DNA from: an uncultured Candidatus Saccharibacteria bacterium | GTDB lineage: Bacteria > Patescibacteriota > Minisyncoccia > UBA6257 > 1-14-0-10-44-23 | DNA: 64,000 bases | Reading direction: 5' to 3' | NCBI GenBank assembly: GCA_964549935.1 | Contig: CAZJVT010000002.1 | Span: forward strand, 121,336 to 185,335 | Part shown: positions 56,301 to 64,000 of the stretch, in pieces | Numbering within the stretch: position 1 is the stretch's first letter | Layout: each line of letters starts with the position of its first letter | The notes under the pieces: model-generated | Seen by the model: the letters and a program-made list of their open reading frames with translations, nothing else | Told to the model about the DNA's origin: nothing | Database searches by the model: none | Program-made: the position numbers and the translations under genes

Positions 56301-58289
56301 CTACTGTAACATATTTAAAACTTTTTTTAATTGCGAAAAAACAGGGGCATCGCGCGGAATTTTTTCAATAGCCGAACAACGATTAAGGACGCCCTCAATC
56401 GCTTCCTTGTAAGCTGCGCGAAACTCAGAAGATTTAGCCGAGAGAGCCTTTTCTAAATCAGGGTGGTTCATTGAGTTGAACATGCTGGCAAGAAATTCCG
56501 CCGGATTGTCTTGTGCGTGACCAGCGTTTTCAACATTTGGAAGGAAATGATCCTCATTAAGTTCCGCGAAAAAAGAACCCGCGACAAGAAGCTCTGTGTG
56601 CAGCTTCTTTAAAGCATCATCCGCAGTGATGCCAAAGCGCAAATCAATGACATGAATCGTCTCGTGAAAACCCGTCACGCGCTGTGAGCCTTTTTCTTTA
56701 AAAATTTCATCTTGTAAATTAACTATTCTTGGGTCTTTGCGGTTTACAAAAGCATTTGCCCGCCTCGAGTTCACGACATATATAGAATCAACAGCTCCTC
56801 CTTCTTCAAGACCAAAAAGGTTTTCGGCATCATGAATCCCGCTCGCAGCCTCCTCGAGACTTCTTTGGCTGGCGATCTTGAGGAAATTCTCAGAACTTAA
56901 ATTGGTGAAAATTCCATATTCCCCGATTTTCCGTACTGATGCCTCCGGCATACACTGCAGTAGGCCCGTAAACTGTGGCAAAGAAAGATAGGTCAAATCG
57001 GCGCAAAGTTCTTTGGCTCGTGGCTCTTCTCCGTTACTTAAGAGAGCAAGGGGCGGCTGGACGATAAAAGAACGACCAACCTCCTTCCAATATTTTCCGC
57101 CATCAGCTTCAATTCTTTCGAGTGTCCGAATCGGTGAACCCAAAACAATATTGCCGAAATTATCTTTTTCGCATTTAATTTCCACGGAAGAGGTGGTCGC
57201 CTTCCCCTGCTCTGATTCAGGGAAAAACTTACGAAAGAAAAGCTCTCGAACTTGGCCGTTGACCTTAACCTTGGAATAAGCATTACGCGCCAGAATTTCT
57301 TTTGTTAGACGTAAATCGACTGGAGGACGATCTATTTCTGCGCCCGCTGGAAGAGCTTCGATCGTCACCATATCGCATGTTGAGAAAATAGCCTCAAGGT
57401 TCTTTATTTCTTCCTGGCTTACGGGCTGATCAGACAACAATTCATAAGTAAAATTTTTCTTTTCAATGTGTTCCGGCTGGATTGAGTCAAGGAAAACCTG
57501 CTCCTTAGTACGGTCTTGCTCGGACGCAAAAAGAACGTCAAGCTCTTGCTGCTGTTCAGCAGTAAAAAAATTACCTTTATTTGATTGTGCCCGTACGGCA
57601 TCAAGATTGGTCTGATAGACTAAGGGCTCGTCTAGGCTGAGGTCAATAAAACGAAGGGTCAGCTGCCCGTCCTTGCCTCCGCTTACCTGGAGCTGCAAAG
57701 AAGGAATTTGTAAGGTATCGCTTTCTGCCAAAGACGGGTCAATCTCTTTGTTGATTCCATATTTAATGGCAATAAAATCATCAACTGTTCCATCTACGTA
57801 TCGTGAGACATTATTTCTGTGCGCTATATCTGAGAGCGCTGGCTCCATAATAGCTGTCGCGAAAGAACGCGCACTTTTTTCGACTGAGCTGCTATCGATC
57901 ACGTAGCCCCCCGCTGCCTGCACTTTATAACCGAGCCCCTTAAACCTAGAAACTTCGGCCCGAAACTTCTTAGCCTGATCTGCGATTTTTTCATCAGATC
58001 GTTGCGCGGCTTCCTGATGAACATCTTTTGGAGAAAAATCCTGCTCCTTTTCAACTGCTTTGGTTGCCGCGCATGCACTGAGTACATTTAAAGCTGCAAT
58101 ACTGATACCTAGGGTCAGTTGTTTCTTGGCTCTCTCATCAAACAATGAACCTGCTGCTTGCCGGACTCTCTCGAAAAACTTTTCTCGAATCGTGCGCGAT
58201 GTGGCGATAAGAGTTGAGCCAAAATCCTCCTTCTCTACAGCGAGAACTGCCCCGTGTTCTTCGTTTTGCGCAAAAAAATGCTCCGACAT
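56301..58289 (-). CDS. Large hypothetical protein with a lipoprotein-like signal (LSAC) and an HExxH motif; possible metallopeptidase
   Basis: KKQLTLGISIAALNVLSAC lipobox-like; GFHETIHVIDLRFG. The true start may be internal. Confidence 0.5.
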   Translation of the reverse strand: MSEHFFAQNEEHGAVLAVEKEDFGSTLIATSRTIREKFFERVRQAAGSLFDERAKKQLTLGISIAALNVLSACAATKAVEKEQDFSPKDVHQEAAQRSDEKIADQAKKFRAEVSRFKGLGYKVQAAGGYVIDSSSVEKSARSFATAIMEPALSDIAHRNNVSRYVDGTVDDFIAIKYGINKEIDPSLAESDTLQIPSLQLQVSGGKDGQLTLRFIDLSLDEPLVYQTNLDAVRAQSNKGNFFTAEQQQELDVLFASEQDRTKEQVFLDSIQPEHIEKKNFTYELLSDQPVSQEEIKNLEAIFSTCDMVTIEALPAGAEIDRPPVDLRLTKEILARNAYSKVKVNGQVRELFFRKFFPESEQGKATTSSVEIKCEKDNFGNIVLGSPIRTLERIEADGGKYWKEVGRSFIVQPPLALLSNGEEPRAKELCADLTYLSLPQFTGLLQCMPEASVRKIGEYGIFTNLSSENFLKIASQRSLEEAASGIHDAENLFGLEEGGAVDSIYVVNSRRANAFVNRKDPRIVNLQDEIFKEKGSQRVTGFHETIHVIDLRFGITADDALKKLHTELLVAGSFFAELNEDHFLPNVENAGHAQDNPAEFLASMFNSMNHPDLEKALSAKSSEFRAAYKEAIEGVLNRCSAIEKIPRDAPVFSQLKKVLNMLQ

Positions 58290-58507
58290 TATAGCGTCTC
58301 AATGATTTTCTTTAATGCGGCGACTTCATCTTCGCAAATCTTCTGAACTTTCAGGGGGTCACCGTCTTTCAATGCACTTATTTTTTCTCCTACTGCAATT
58401 GCGAAAGGCTCGTAAAGCTCAGGGTATTTTGCCAATAATTCGAAAACTTCGAGTTGCTGACTACTCTCTAAATCGCGGACTAAATAAGCAAGATCAATTT
58501 GTGTCAT
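58289..58507 (-). CDS. Small hypothetical protein (72 aa)
   Basis: ATGA start/stop overlap with nusB. Confidence 0.35.
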   Translation of the reverse strand: MTQIDLAYLVRDLESSQQLEVFELLAKYPELYEPFAIAVGEKISALKDGDPLKVQKICEDEVAALKKIIETL

Positions 58508-58941
58508 GCGGTGGGATTCTCTTTCTGCATCTTATGATACACGGTACCAAGCACGCCGTTAATAAACTTACCGGAGTTCGGGCCGCCGTAACTCTTAGCC
58601 ATCTCAATCGCCTCGTCGATGGCGACCGGAGCCGGAACCTCTTTGCGGTCGGCAAACAAAAGTTCGTAGAGTCCGATGCGCAGGGCGTTTCTGTCTATCG
58701 GCGCGATCTGGTCAATCGGCCACTCCGGAGCCGCCTCCATGATCGTCTTATCAATCTCCTTCATATGCGTCACCACGCCCGTCTTAAGCTTCGACATAAA
58801 CTCCTTTTCGGCCTCAAGACCCGGACCAAACTCGGCGGTGTTACGCGCGATGATAGTATCGAGGTCTTCTTTCTGGCCATAAAAATCCCACTCATAGAGG
58901 GACTGCAAAACTATTGAGCGTGCTAATTGACGACTGGCCAT
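58504..58941 (-). CDS. nusB: Transcription antitermination factor NusB
   Basis: [18 protein letters not shown]...; start placed at MASRQ; TGA stop. Confidence 0.8.
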   Translation of the reverse strand: MASRQLARSIVLQSLYEWDFYGQKEDLDTIIARNTAEFGPGLEAEKEFMSKLKTGVVTHMKEIDKTIMEAAPEWPIDQIAPIDRNALRIGLYELLFADRKEVPAPVAIDEAIEMAKSYGGPNSGKFINGVLGTVYHKMQKENPTA

Positions 58942-58956
58942 AGTGATAGATATACA

Positions 58957-58996
58957 ATAAACGAAAAACAATAAACAATCAAAGAAACGAAAACGG
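58957..58996. repeat. 7-nt-periodic A-rich array upstream of nusB
   Basis: caataaa cgaaaaa caataaa caatcaa agaaacg aaaacgg. Confidence 0.45.
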
Positions 58997-59022
58997 GGCT
59001 TGCGCCCCATTTTCTTACATTC

Positions 59023-59178
59023 TTATTTAGCAAGCCACTTCTTCGGGATAATCTTGTGCGGGAAGGTCGGCAGCTTGGTCTCCTTGTCTGCAACAATATT
59101 AAGAGGCTTTAAAGCCAAGTGGCTGCGGCGGCGGCGAACTTTACCGCTGGTAGGATGTTTAGGAGGTAGTGAACCCAT
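59023..59178 (-). CDS. rpmF: 50S ribosomal protein L32 (51 aa), absent from the ORF track
   Basis: MGSLPPKHPTSGKVRRRRSHLALKPLNIVADKETKLPTFPHKIIPKKWLAK. Confidence 0.65.
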   Translation of the reverse strand: MGSLPPKHPTSGKVRRRRSHLALKPLNIVADKETKLPTFPHKIIPKKWLAK

Positions 59179-59304
59179 AGTGGTAGCTGTAATTACTAAT
59201 GCAAAAGAGAATACCAGAAAGACTTAAAATATGCAAATGGGTTCTCTGTCGGGGCGGCGCGCGCGGCGCCGCCCCGATCAGATCGCTCCCGGCCGAAGCC
59301 GGGG

Positions 59305-59802
59305 CTACTTCTTCGGCTGCTCGTCCGTAGTGACGTACGACACGAGCGCGATGTCCTTGAACTTGATCCCACGCTCGGGCGCGCTGCGCCAACCAGCATC
59401 GTCATAGAAGACTGTGTCGCCACGCAGATAGGGCACGAGGTCACCGTTGGACCGGACTTCGATGACGAACTCGCCGTTCTCGCCCGGTACCGCCGGCGTT
59501 TCGTCGCCCGCCCACAGGTACAGCTCGCCTTCGTAGACGCAGACGTCGAGCCTGGTCACCGAGCAGAAGAGAGGCTTGTTCTGGGCCTTGGCAGCCTCCT
59601 TGATCTCCAGCAGCTTGGGTCGATGGACGAAGTAGTCCACCGGAACCTTGGCGCTACCGACGTAGTCGATCTTCTGGGTTCGGTCGAAATCGCCAGCCTG
59701 GGCCGTCTCGACTCGGGTGACCGCGATCACCGCAATGACGATTGCGACCACCAACGCAACCGGAATCGCCACCTTCATCATCTTATCCAACGGATCTCTC
59801 AT
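59305..59802 (-). CDS. Hypothetical membrane or secreted protein; high-GC cassette gene
   Basis: MMKVAIPVALVVAIVIAVIAV...; high GC; 12-bp GC hairpin terminator at 59252-59280. Confidence 0.45.
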   Translation of the reverse strand: MRDPLDKMMKVAIPVALVVAIVIAVIAVTRVETAQAGDFDRTQKIDYVGSAKVPVDYFVHRPKLLEIKEAAKAQNKPLFCSVTRLDVCVYEGELYLWAGDETPAVPGENGEFVIEVRSNGDLVPYLRGDTVFYDDAGWRSAPERGIKFKDIALVSYVTTDEQPKK

Positions 59803-60017
59803 CGAACCCTCCCTGCCACCTGCGGGACCATTCCCGTTTCGGACTCAACAACCCTAACAATTTTCTAGTAAAATCGTCAATTTGAGCCGGTGATTAAAAT
59901 GCGCTATCATATTAGTGTTAATTTTTTATCCAACTGGATAAAAAATTAAAAATAAATTGTATGTACACCCAATCTGCAACATATCTTAAACATCTTCCAG
60001 CGCGAGGTGTTTTTATT

Positions 60018-60056
60018 TTTTCCTATCTACTATCTACTGACTACTAACTACTACCC
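60018..60056. repeat. 7-nt-periodic CTACT-type array immediately 5' of the dnaE ATG
   Basis: tatctac tatctac tgactac taactac tac. Confidence 0.6.
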
Positions 60057-60058
60057 TT

Positions 60059-63000
60059 ATGAGCAAGTTCGTCCATTTACATACACACACGCATTACTCA
60101 TTGCTCGACGGGATGAGTAAAATTCCTGATTTAGTTGCTAAAGCCAAAGAACTCGGCATGACCTCACTGGCGATGACCGACCACGGCAATCTGTACGGCG
60201 CGATTGAGTTTTATAAAGAATGTTTAAAGGCCGGCATCAAGCCGATTCTTGGCGTTGAAGCGTATATCGCCCCGGGAGACCATAAAGACCGGTCCAGCGA
60301 CGGCGCGAACTCCGACCGGTACTACCACTTGATCCTTTTAGTCCAAAACGAAAAGGGCTGGAAAAACCTGCTCGAACTCGTTACGACCTCCTGGCTCGAA
60401 GGCTTTTACTACAAGCCCCGTATGGATAAGGCGATGCTGCGTGAGCGGCACGAGGGCTTAATCGCCACCTCGGCCTGTTTGGGCGGCGAACTTTCGCAGC
60501 TTATTCTGGCCAACCGACTCGCGGAGGCGGAAAAATTAATCCACGAGTATCAGGACATTTTCGGTAAAGAAAACTTTTATATCGAAATCGGCCGGCACCC
60601 GAAGATTCCGGATATCGAAAAAGTTAACCCGCACCTTATCGCACTGGCTAAAAAAACGGGTGCACCCCTAGTCGCCACCCAGGACAGTCACTACCTGAAC
60701 TCGGACGACAAAGACGTCCACGATATTTTGCTCGCCATTCAAACCGGTAAAAAAGTAAACGACCCGAAAAAGTTTACGCTCACGGACGACTTCTCGCTGA
60801 TGGCCGGTTCGCAGATGGAAAAGATTTTTGCCGACCTCCCCGAAGCAATCAGCAGCACGGCCGAAATCGCAGAGAAGTGCAACTTCTCGCTTGAGCTAGG
60901 TAAAATCCTGCTGCCGAAGTTCGATACGCCGGACGGATCGGATTCAAAGGCCTACCTGCGTAAGCTCGTTAATGAACGCGTCGCCGAACGCTACCCGAAG
61001 TTAGACGAAGTAACGACCACGCGCATTGAGTACGAACTTGGCATCATTGAAAAAACCGGTTTCGCCGATTACTTCTTAATCGTGCAGGACTTCATCAACT
61101 GGGCTAAGGACCGCGGTGTCGTCGTCGGCCCGGGCCGTGGTAGCGCCGCCGGTTCAATTATTTCGTACATCCTTCGCATCACCGACTTAGACCCAATTCA
61201 CTACGAACTGCTTTTTGAGCGTTTCTTAAACCCGGAGCGTATTCAAATGCCGGATATCGACGTGGACATCACCGACGTGCGTCGCGACGAGGTGTTTGGT
61301 TACCTCGAGGAAAAATACGGCAAGGACCGCGTTGCCCACATTATCACCTTCGGAACGATGGCGGCCCGCGCTTCAATCCGCGACGTCGGACGTGCGCTGG
61401 ATATCGAACTCGCCTTCTGTGACCGCCTCGCCAAACTTATTCCGATGGGTAAAGACCTGGATGAGGCTTTGGACGAAGTTGATGAGCTGGCCCAGATTTA
61501 TAAAGCCGATGAACGCGCCAAAACGATTATCAACGCCGCGCGTAAATTAGAAGGTGTCGCCCGCCACGCCTCGGTCCACGCCTGTGGTACGGTTATCGCC
61601 GCTGAGCCGCTGCCCCGCCGCGTGCCGCTGCAACACGCGCCACAGGATGATAAGGTCACTCTCACGCAGTTTGAAATGCACGCCATTGAAGATCTGGGCC
61701 TCCTGAAAATGGATATCTTGGGTCTTAAGAACCTGACTATTATAGAAGACACGATTCGCCTCGTGCAGGAGAAGACCGGCGAGCTGATGGATATGAGCAA
61801 ACTGCCGCTTGATGACAAAGCGACCTTTGAACTTTTCCAGAAGGCCGACACGGTCGGTGTCTTCCAGCTGGAATCCGGCGGTATGCGCCGCTACTTAAAG
61901 GAGCTCAAGCCGACGGAACTCGAAGACATCATCGCTATGGTCGCACTGTACCGCCCGGGTCCAATGGAACTAATCCCGAGCTACATCAACCGTAAGTACG
62001 GCAAGGAGGCGGTCTCCTACCAGCACCCGAAGCTGGAGCCAATCATGAAAAAGACCTACGGTATCGGTATTTATCAGGAGCAGATGATGCGCATCGCTTC
62101 AGATCTCGCCGGCTACTCGCTCGCCGAAGCCGACACGCTGCGTAAAGCCATCGGTAAAAAGATTAAAAAACTGCTCGACGAGCAGGAGGCTAAACTCGTC
62201 GCCGGTATGATTAAAAACGGCATTCCGGAAAAAACCGCCCGCATTATTTGGGAGCTCTTCCCGCCATTTGCCCGCTACGGTTTTAACCGCAGCCACGCGG
62301 CTTGTTACGCGATGATCGCCTACCGCACTGCTTATCTTAAGGCGCACTACCCGACGGAGTTTTTGACCGCACTCCTTAACTCCGAAAGCTCCGACATCGA
62401 CCGTATCTCATTCCTCATCGGCGAGGCGAAAAAAGCCAACGTCATTGTATTGCCGCCGGACATCAACAAAAGCTCCTCGGCCTTTGCACCGGAGGGCAGT
62501 AATGTCCGCTTCGGTCTGGCCGCCGTCAAAAATGTCGGTACCAACATCGTCGCAGCCATTATTGAGGAGCGTAGCCGTCGTGGCGAGTTTGCAACCTTTA
62601 GCGACATTCTTACTCGCGTGCAGCACAAAGACTTAAACAAAAAGTCACTGGAGTCGCTCATCAAATGTGGCGCCCTTGATTCATTTAATATCGAACGCAA
62701 TACCCTACTCGGGAGCATCGACGACATCACCAAATTTGCCCAGGCCGCGCGCAAAACCGCCGCGCCGCAAAGCGCAGGACTTTTTGGCAGCAGCTTTGTT
62801 TCAACAGCAGCCTCAAAAGCACTGCAACTTAAAGACGCGACTCCGGCAACGAATAAAGAAAAGTTGGCCTGGGAAAAAGAGTTGCTCGGCTTGTACGTCA
62901 GCGATCACCCGCTGACCATGATGGCGGCGCAAATTGAAACGATGAAGCCGACGAAGGTCAAGGACATGCTACTCGAGCGTAGCAACGTCAAAAACTACCG

Positions 63001-63235
63001 CGTCTGCGGAATGATCAGTTCGGTAAAGTCCATCATCACCAAAACTGGTAAGCCGATGTGCTTTGCCAAACTCGAGGACCACTCTGGCACCGTCGAGGTT
63101 GTCGTCTTCTCTGATGTCTACGCCAAAAACCAGACCTGCTTCAAAGAGGGTGCCATCATTGTCTGCATCGGCAAATTAAACTTTAGAAACGGCGAGACCA
63201 GCATGGTCTGCGATCAGGTGAAAGAAATAGTTTAG
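60059..63235 (+). CDS. dnaE: DNA polymerase III alpha subunit
   Basis: PHP domain HLHTHTHYSLLDG; polymerase core; OB fold; 1058 aa; no intein. Confidence 0.95.
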   Translation: MSKFVHLHTHTHYSLLDGMSKIPDLVAKAKELGMTSLAMTDHGNLYGAIEFYKECLKAGIKPILGVEAYIAPGDHKDRSSDGANSDRYYHLILLVQNEKGWKNLLELVTTSWLEGFYYKPRMDKAMLRERHEGLIATSACLGGELSQLILANRLAEAEKLIHEYQDIFGKENFYIEIGRHPKIPDIEKVNPHLIALAKKTGAPLVATQDSHYLNSDDKDVHDILLAIQTGKKVNDPKKFTLTDDFSLMAGSQMEKIFADLPEAISSTAEIAEKCNFSLELGKILLPKFDTPDGSDSKAYLRKLVNERVAERYPKLDEVTTTRIEYELGIIEKTGFADYFLIVQDFINWAKDRGVVVGPGRGSAAGSIISYILRITDLDPIHYELLFERFLNPERIQMPDIDVDITDVRRDEVFGYLEEKYGKDRVAHIITFGTMAARASIRDVGRALDIELAFCDRLAKLIPMGKDLDEALDEVDELAQIYKADERAKTIINAARKLEGVARHASVHACGTVIAAEPLPRRVPLQHAPQDDKVTLTQFEMHAIEDLGLLKMDILGLKNLTIIEDTIRLVQEKTGELMDMSKLPLDDKATFELFQKADTVGVFQLESGGMRRYLKELKPTELEDIIAMVALYRPGPMELIPSYINRKYGKEAVSYQHPKLEPIMKKTYGIGIYQEQMMRIASDLAGYSLAEADTLRKAIGKKIKKLLDEQEAKLVAGMIKNGIPEKTARIIWELFPPFARYGFNRSHAACYAMIAYRTAYLKAHYPTEFLTALLNSESSDIDRISFLIGEAKKANVIVLPPDINKSSSAFAPEGSNVRFGLAAVKNVGTNIVAAIIEERSRRGEFATFSDILTRVQHKDLNKKSLESLIKCGALDSFNIERNTLLGSIDDITKFAQAARKTAAPQSAGLFGSSFVSTAASKALQLKDATPATNKEKLAWEKELLGLYVSDHPLTMMAAQIETMKPTKVKDMLLERSNVKNYRVCGMISSVKSIITKTGKPMCFAKLEDHSGTVEVVVFSDVYAKNQTCFKEGAIIVCIGKLNFRNGETSMVCDQVKEIV

Positions 63236-63255
63236 ATGTTGTTATACTAACAATC

Positions 63256-64000
63256 ATGAAAAGAATCGGGCTCATCAGCCTCCTGCTCCTTAGTCTCCCG
63301 CTTATCGCCTCGGCATATGTCAGCCCCGGTAAACCAACTGGCTTTGTTAACGACTTTGCAAATGTTTTAAAATCCGAGGACAAACAAGTCATCGAGCAAA
63401 AAGCTCAAACCGTAAAAAATCAAACCGGTGCAGAAATCGCCATTGCCATCGTCCCCTCCCTCGGCGAGGACTCCGTAGAAGAATACGCGGTCTCGCTTTT
63501 TGAGGACTGGAAAATCGGACAGAAAGAAAAAGACAACGGCGTCTTGATCCTGCTTGCGATGGATAGCCACGATATCAAAATCGAAACCGGCTACGGCGCC
63601 GAAGGCAATCTGACCGATGCGCAGTCAAAGCAGATTATCGAGAAGATAATGGTCCCGGCCTTTAGAAATAACGACTTCGCCGGCGGACTAGCAGGCGCGG
63701 TTGAGGCTATTGGGCAAACCTTCGCCACCGGTGAGGTGTCGGTAACACAACCTGCGGGTAGTTTTCATTTCAATCTGTCGCCCAGCTTTTTTATCGCCCT
63801 GATGGTACTTTTCCAGATCTTAATAAGCATCATGGGTCGCAGCAAGTCTTGGTGGCTTGGTGGCGTGCTCGGTGGCATTGGCGCCACTGTTATCGGCCTG
63901 CTGTTTGGTTTTCTCTTCGCCGGCGCAATCGGTTTTCTTTTTCTTGTGCCGATAGGACTCTTGATTGACCGAGCCGTCTCGAAACAATACGCGGCGGCGG
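63256..64000 (+). CDS. TPM-domain (YgcG-like) membrane protein, partial; runs off the window end
   Basis: Signal peptide; TPM core GVLILLAMDSHDIKIETGYG; C-terminal TM segments; no stop before 64000. Confidence 0.6.
   Translation, partial: MKRIGLISLLLLSLPLIASAYVSPGKPTGFVNDFANVLKSEDKQVIEQKAQTVKNQTGAEIAIAIVPSLGEDSVEEYAVSLFEDWKIGQKEKDNGVLILLAMDSHDIKIETGYGAEGNLTDAQSKQIIEKIMVPAFRNNDFAGGLAGAVEAIGQTFATGEVSVTQPAGSFHFNLSPSFFIALMVLFQILISIMGRSKSWWLGGVLGGIGATVIGLLFGFLFAGAIGFLFLVPIGLLIDRAVSKQYAAA

Noticed and set aside
905-60058. Heptamer arrays considered as CRISPR or other long-period tandem repeats
   Set aside because: The repeat unit is 7 nt with no spacers, and arrays span only 21-50 nt. They are not CRISPR-like, and no cas genes are present.

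Overview
This 64 kb window reads as a compact, mostly minus-strand-coded bacterial chromosome segment with a small-genome, CPR/Patescibacteria-like flavour. Features that suggest this are a four-helix-bundle protein, two VirD4/TraG-like ATPases, ComFC, a short SMC, tightly packed and overlapping genes, and many leaderless-looking starts. The housekeeping core, in window order, is: mnmA, efp, pepA, secDF, tRNA-Lys, dnaJ-dnaK-grpE, cysS, dnaB, recR, rplU, tRNA-Glu, the murF/ftsI/ftsL/rsmH/mraZ dcw cluster, tRNA-Val, rplJL, rpsP/KH-protein/trmD, smc, rnc, nusB, rpmF, dnaE.

Two things stand out beyond ordinary annotation. (1) At least seven dispersed, compositionally foreign high-GC single-gene cassettes sit in an approximately 50% GC backbone (about 65-70% by eye). 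Each has its own near-consensus TTGACA-17-TATAAT promoter and a GC hairpin terminator. Several end in a shared 3' module, TTTTGCCCTTRCTGCATCCYTAAAGCCCCGCGTCAGGGGC, followed by further palindromic modules. Two lie directly beside tRNA genes. Their products include a CDA-fold deaminase, a peptidoglycan-binding-domain protein and several small secreted or zinc-ribbon proteins. (2) A pervasive family of short tandem arrays with strict 7-nt periodicity (ACGTNNN, ATCGTNN or CTACTNN units, 3-7 copies) fills intergenic spacers, often as inverted pairs that form hairpins. The same arrays are inserted in frame inside mnmA, trmD and cysS, where they encode basic peptide loops such as KRKTLNVKRETS and KRKTRNVKRRR.

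Also notable: an operon with two paralogous T4CP/VirD4-like ATPases, one carrying a YacG-like C-terminal zinc ribbon. They flank a large internally repeated Cys-rich zinc-ribbon protein, which has a second truncated paralog at the window start. Just upstream sits a membrane protein with a possible HEPN (RNxxAH) C-terminus. No rRNA, CRISPR array, integrase or transposase was recognised.
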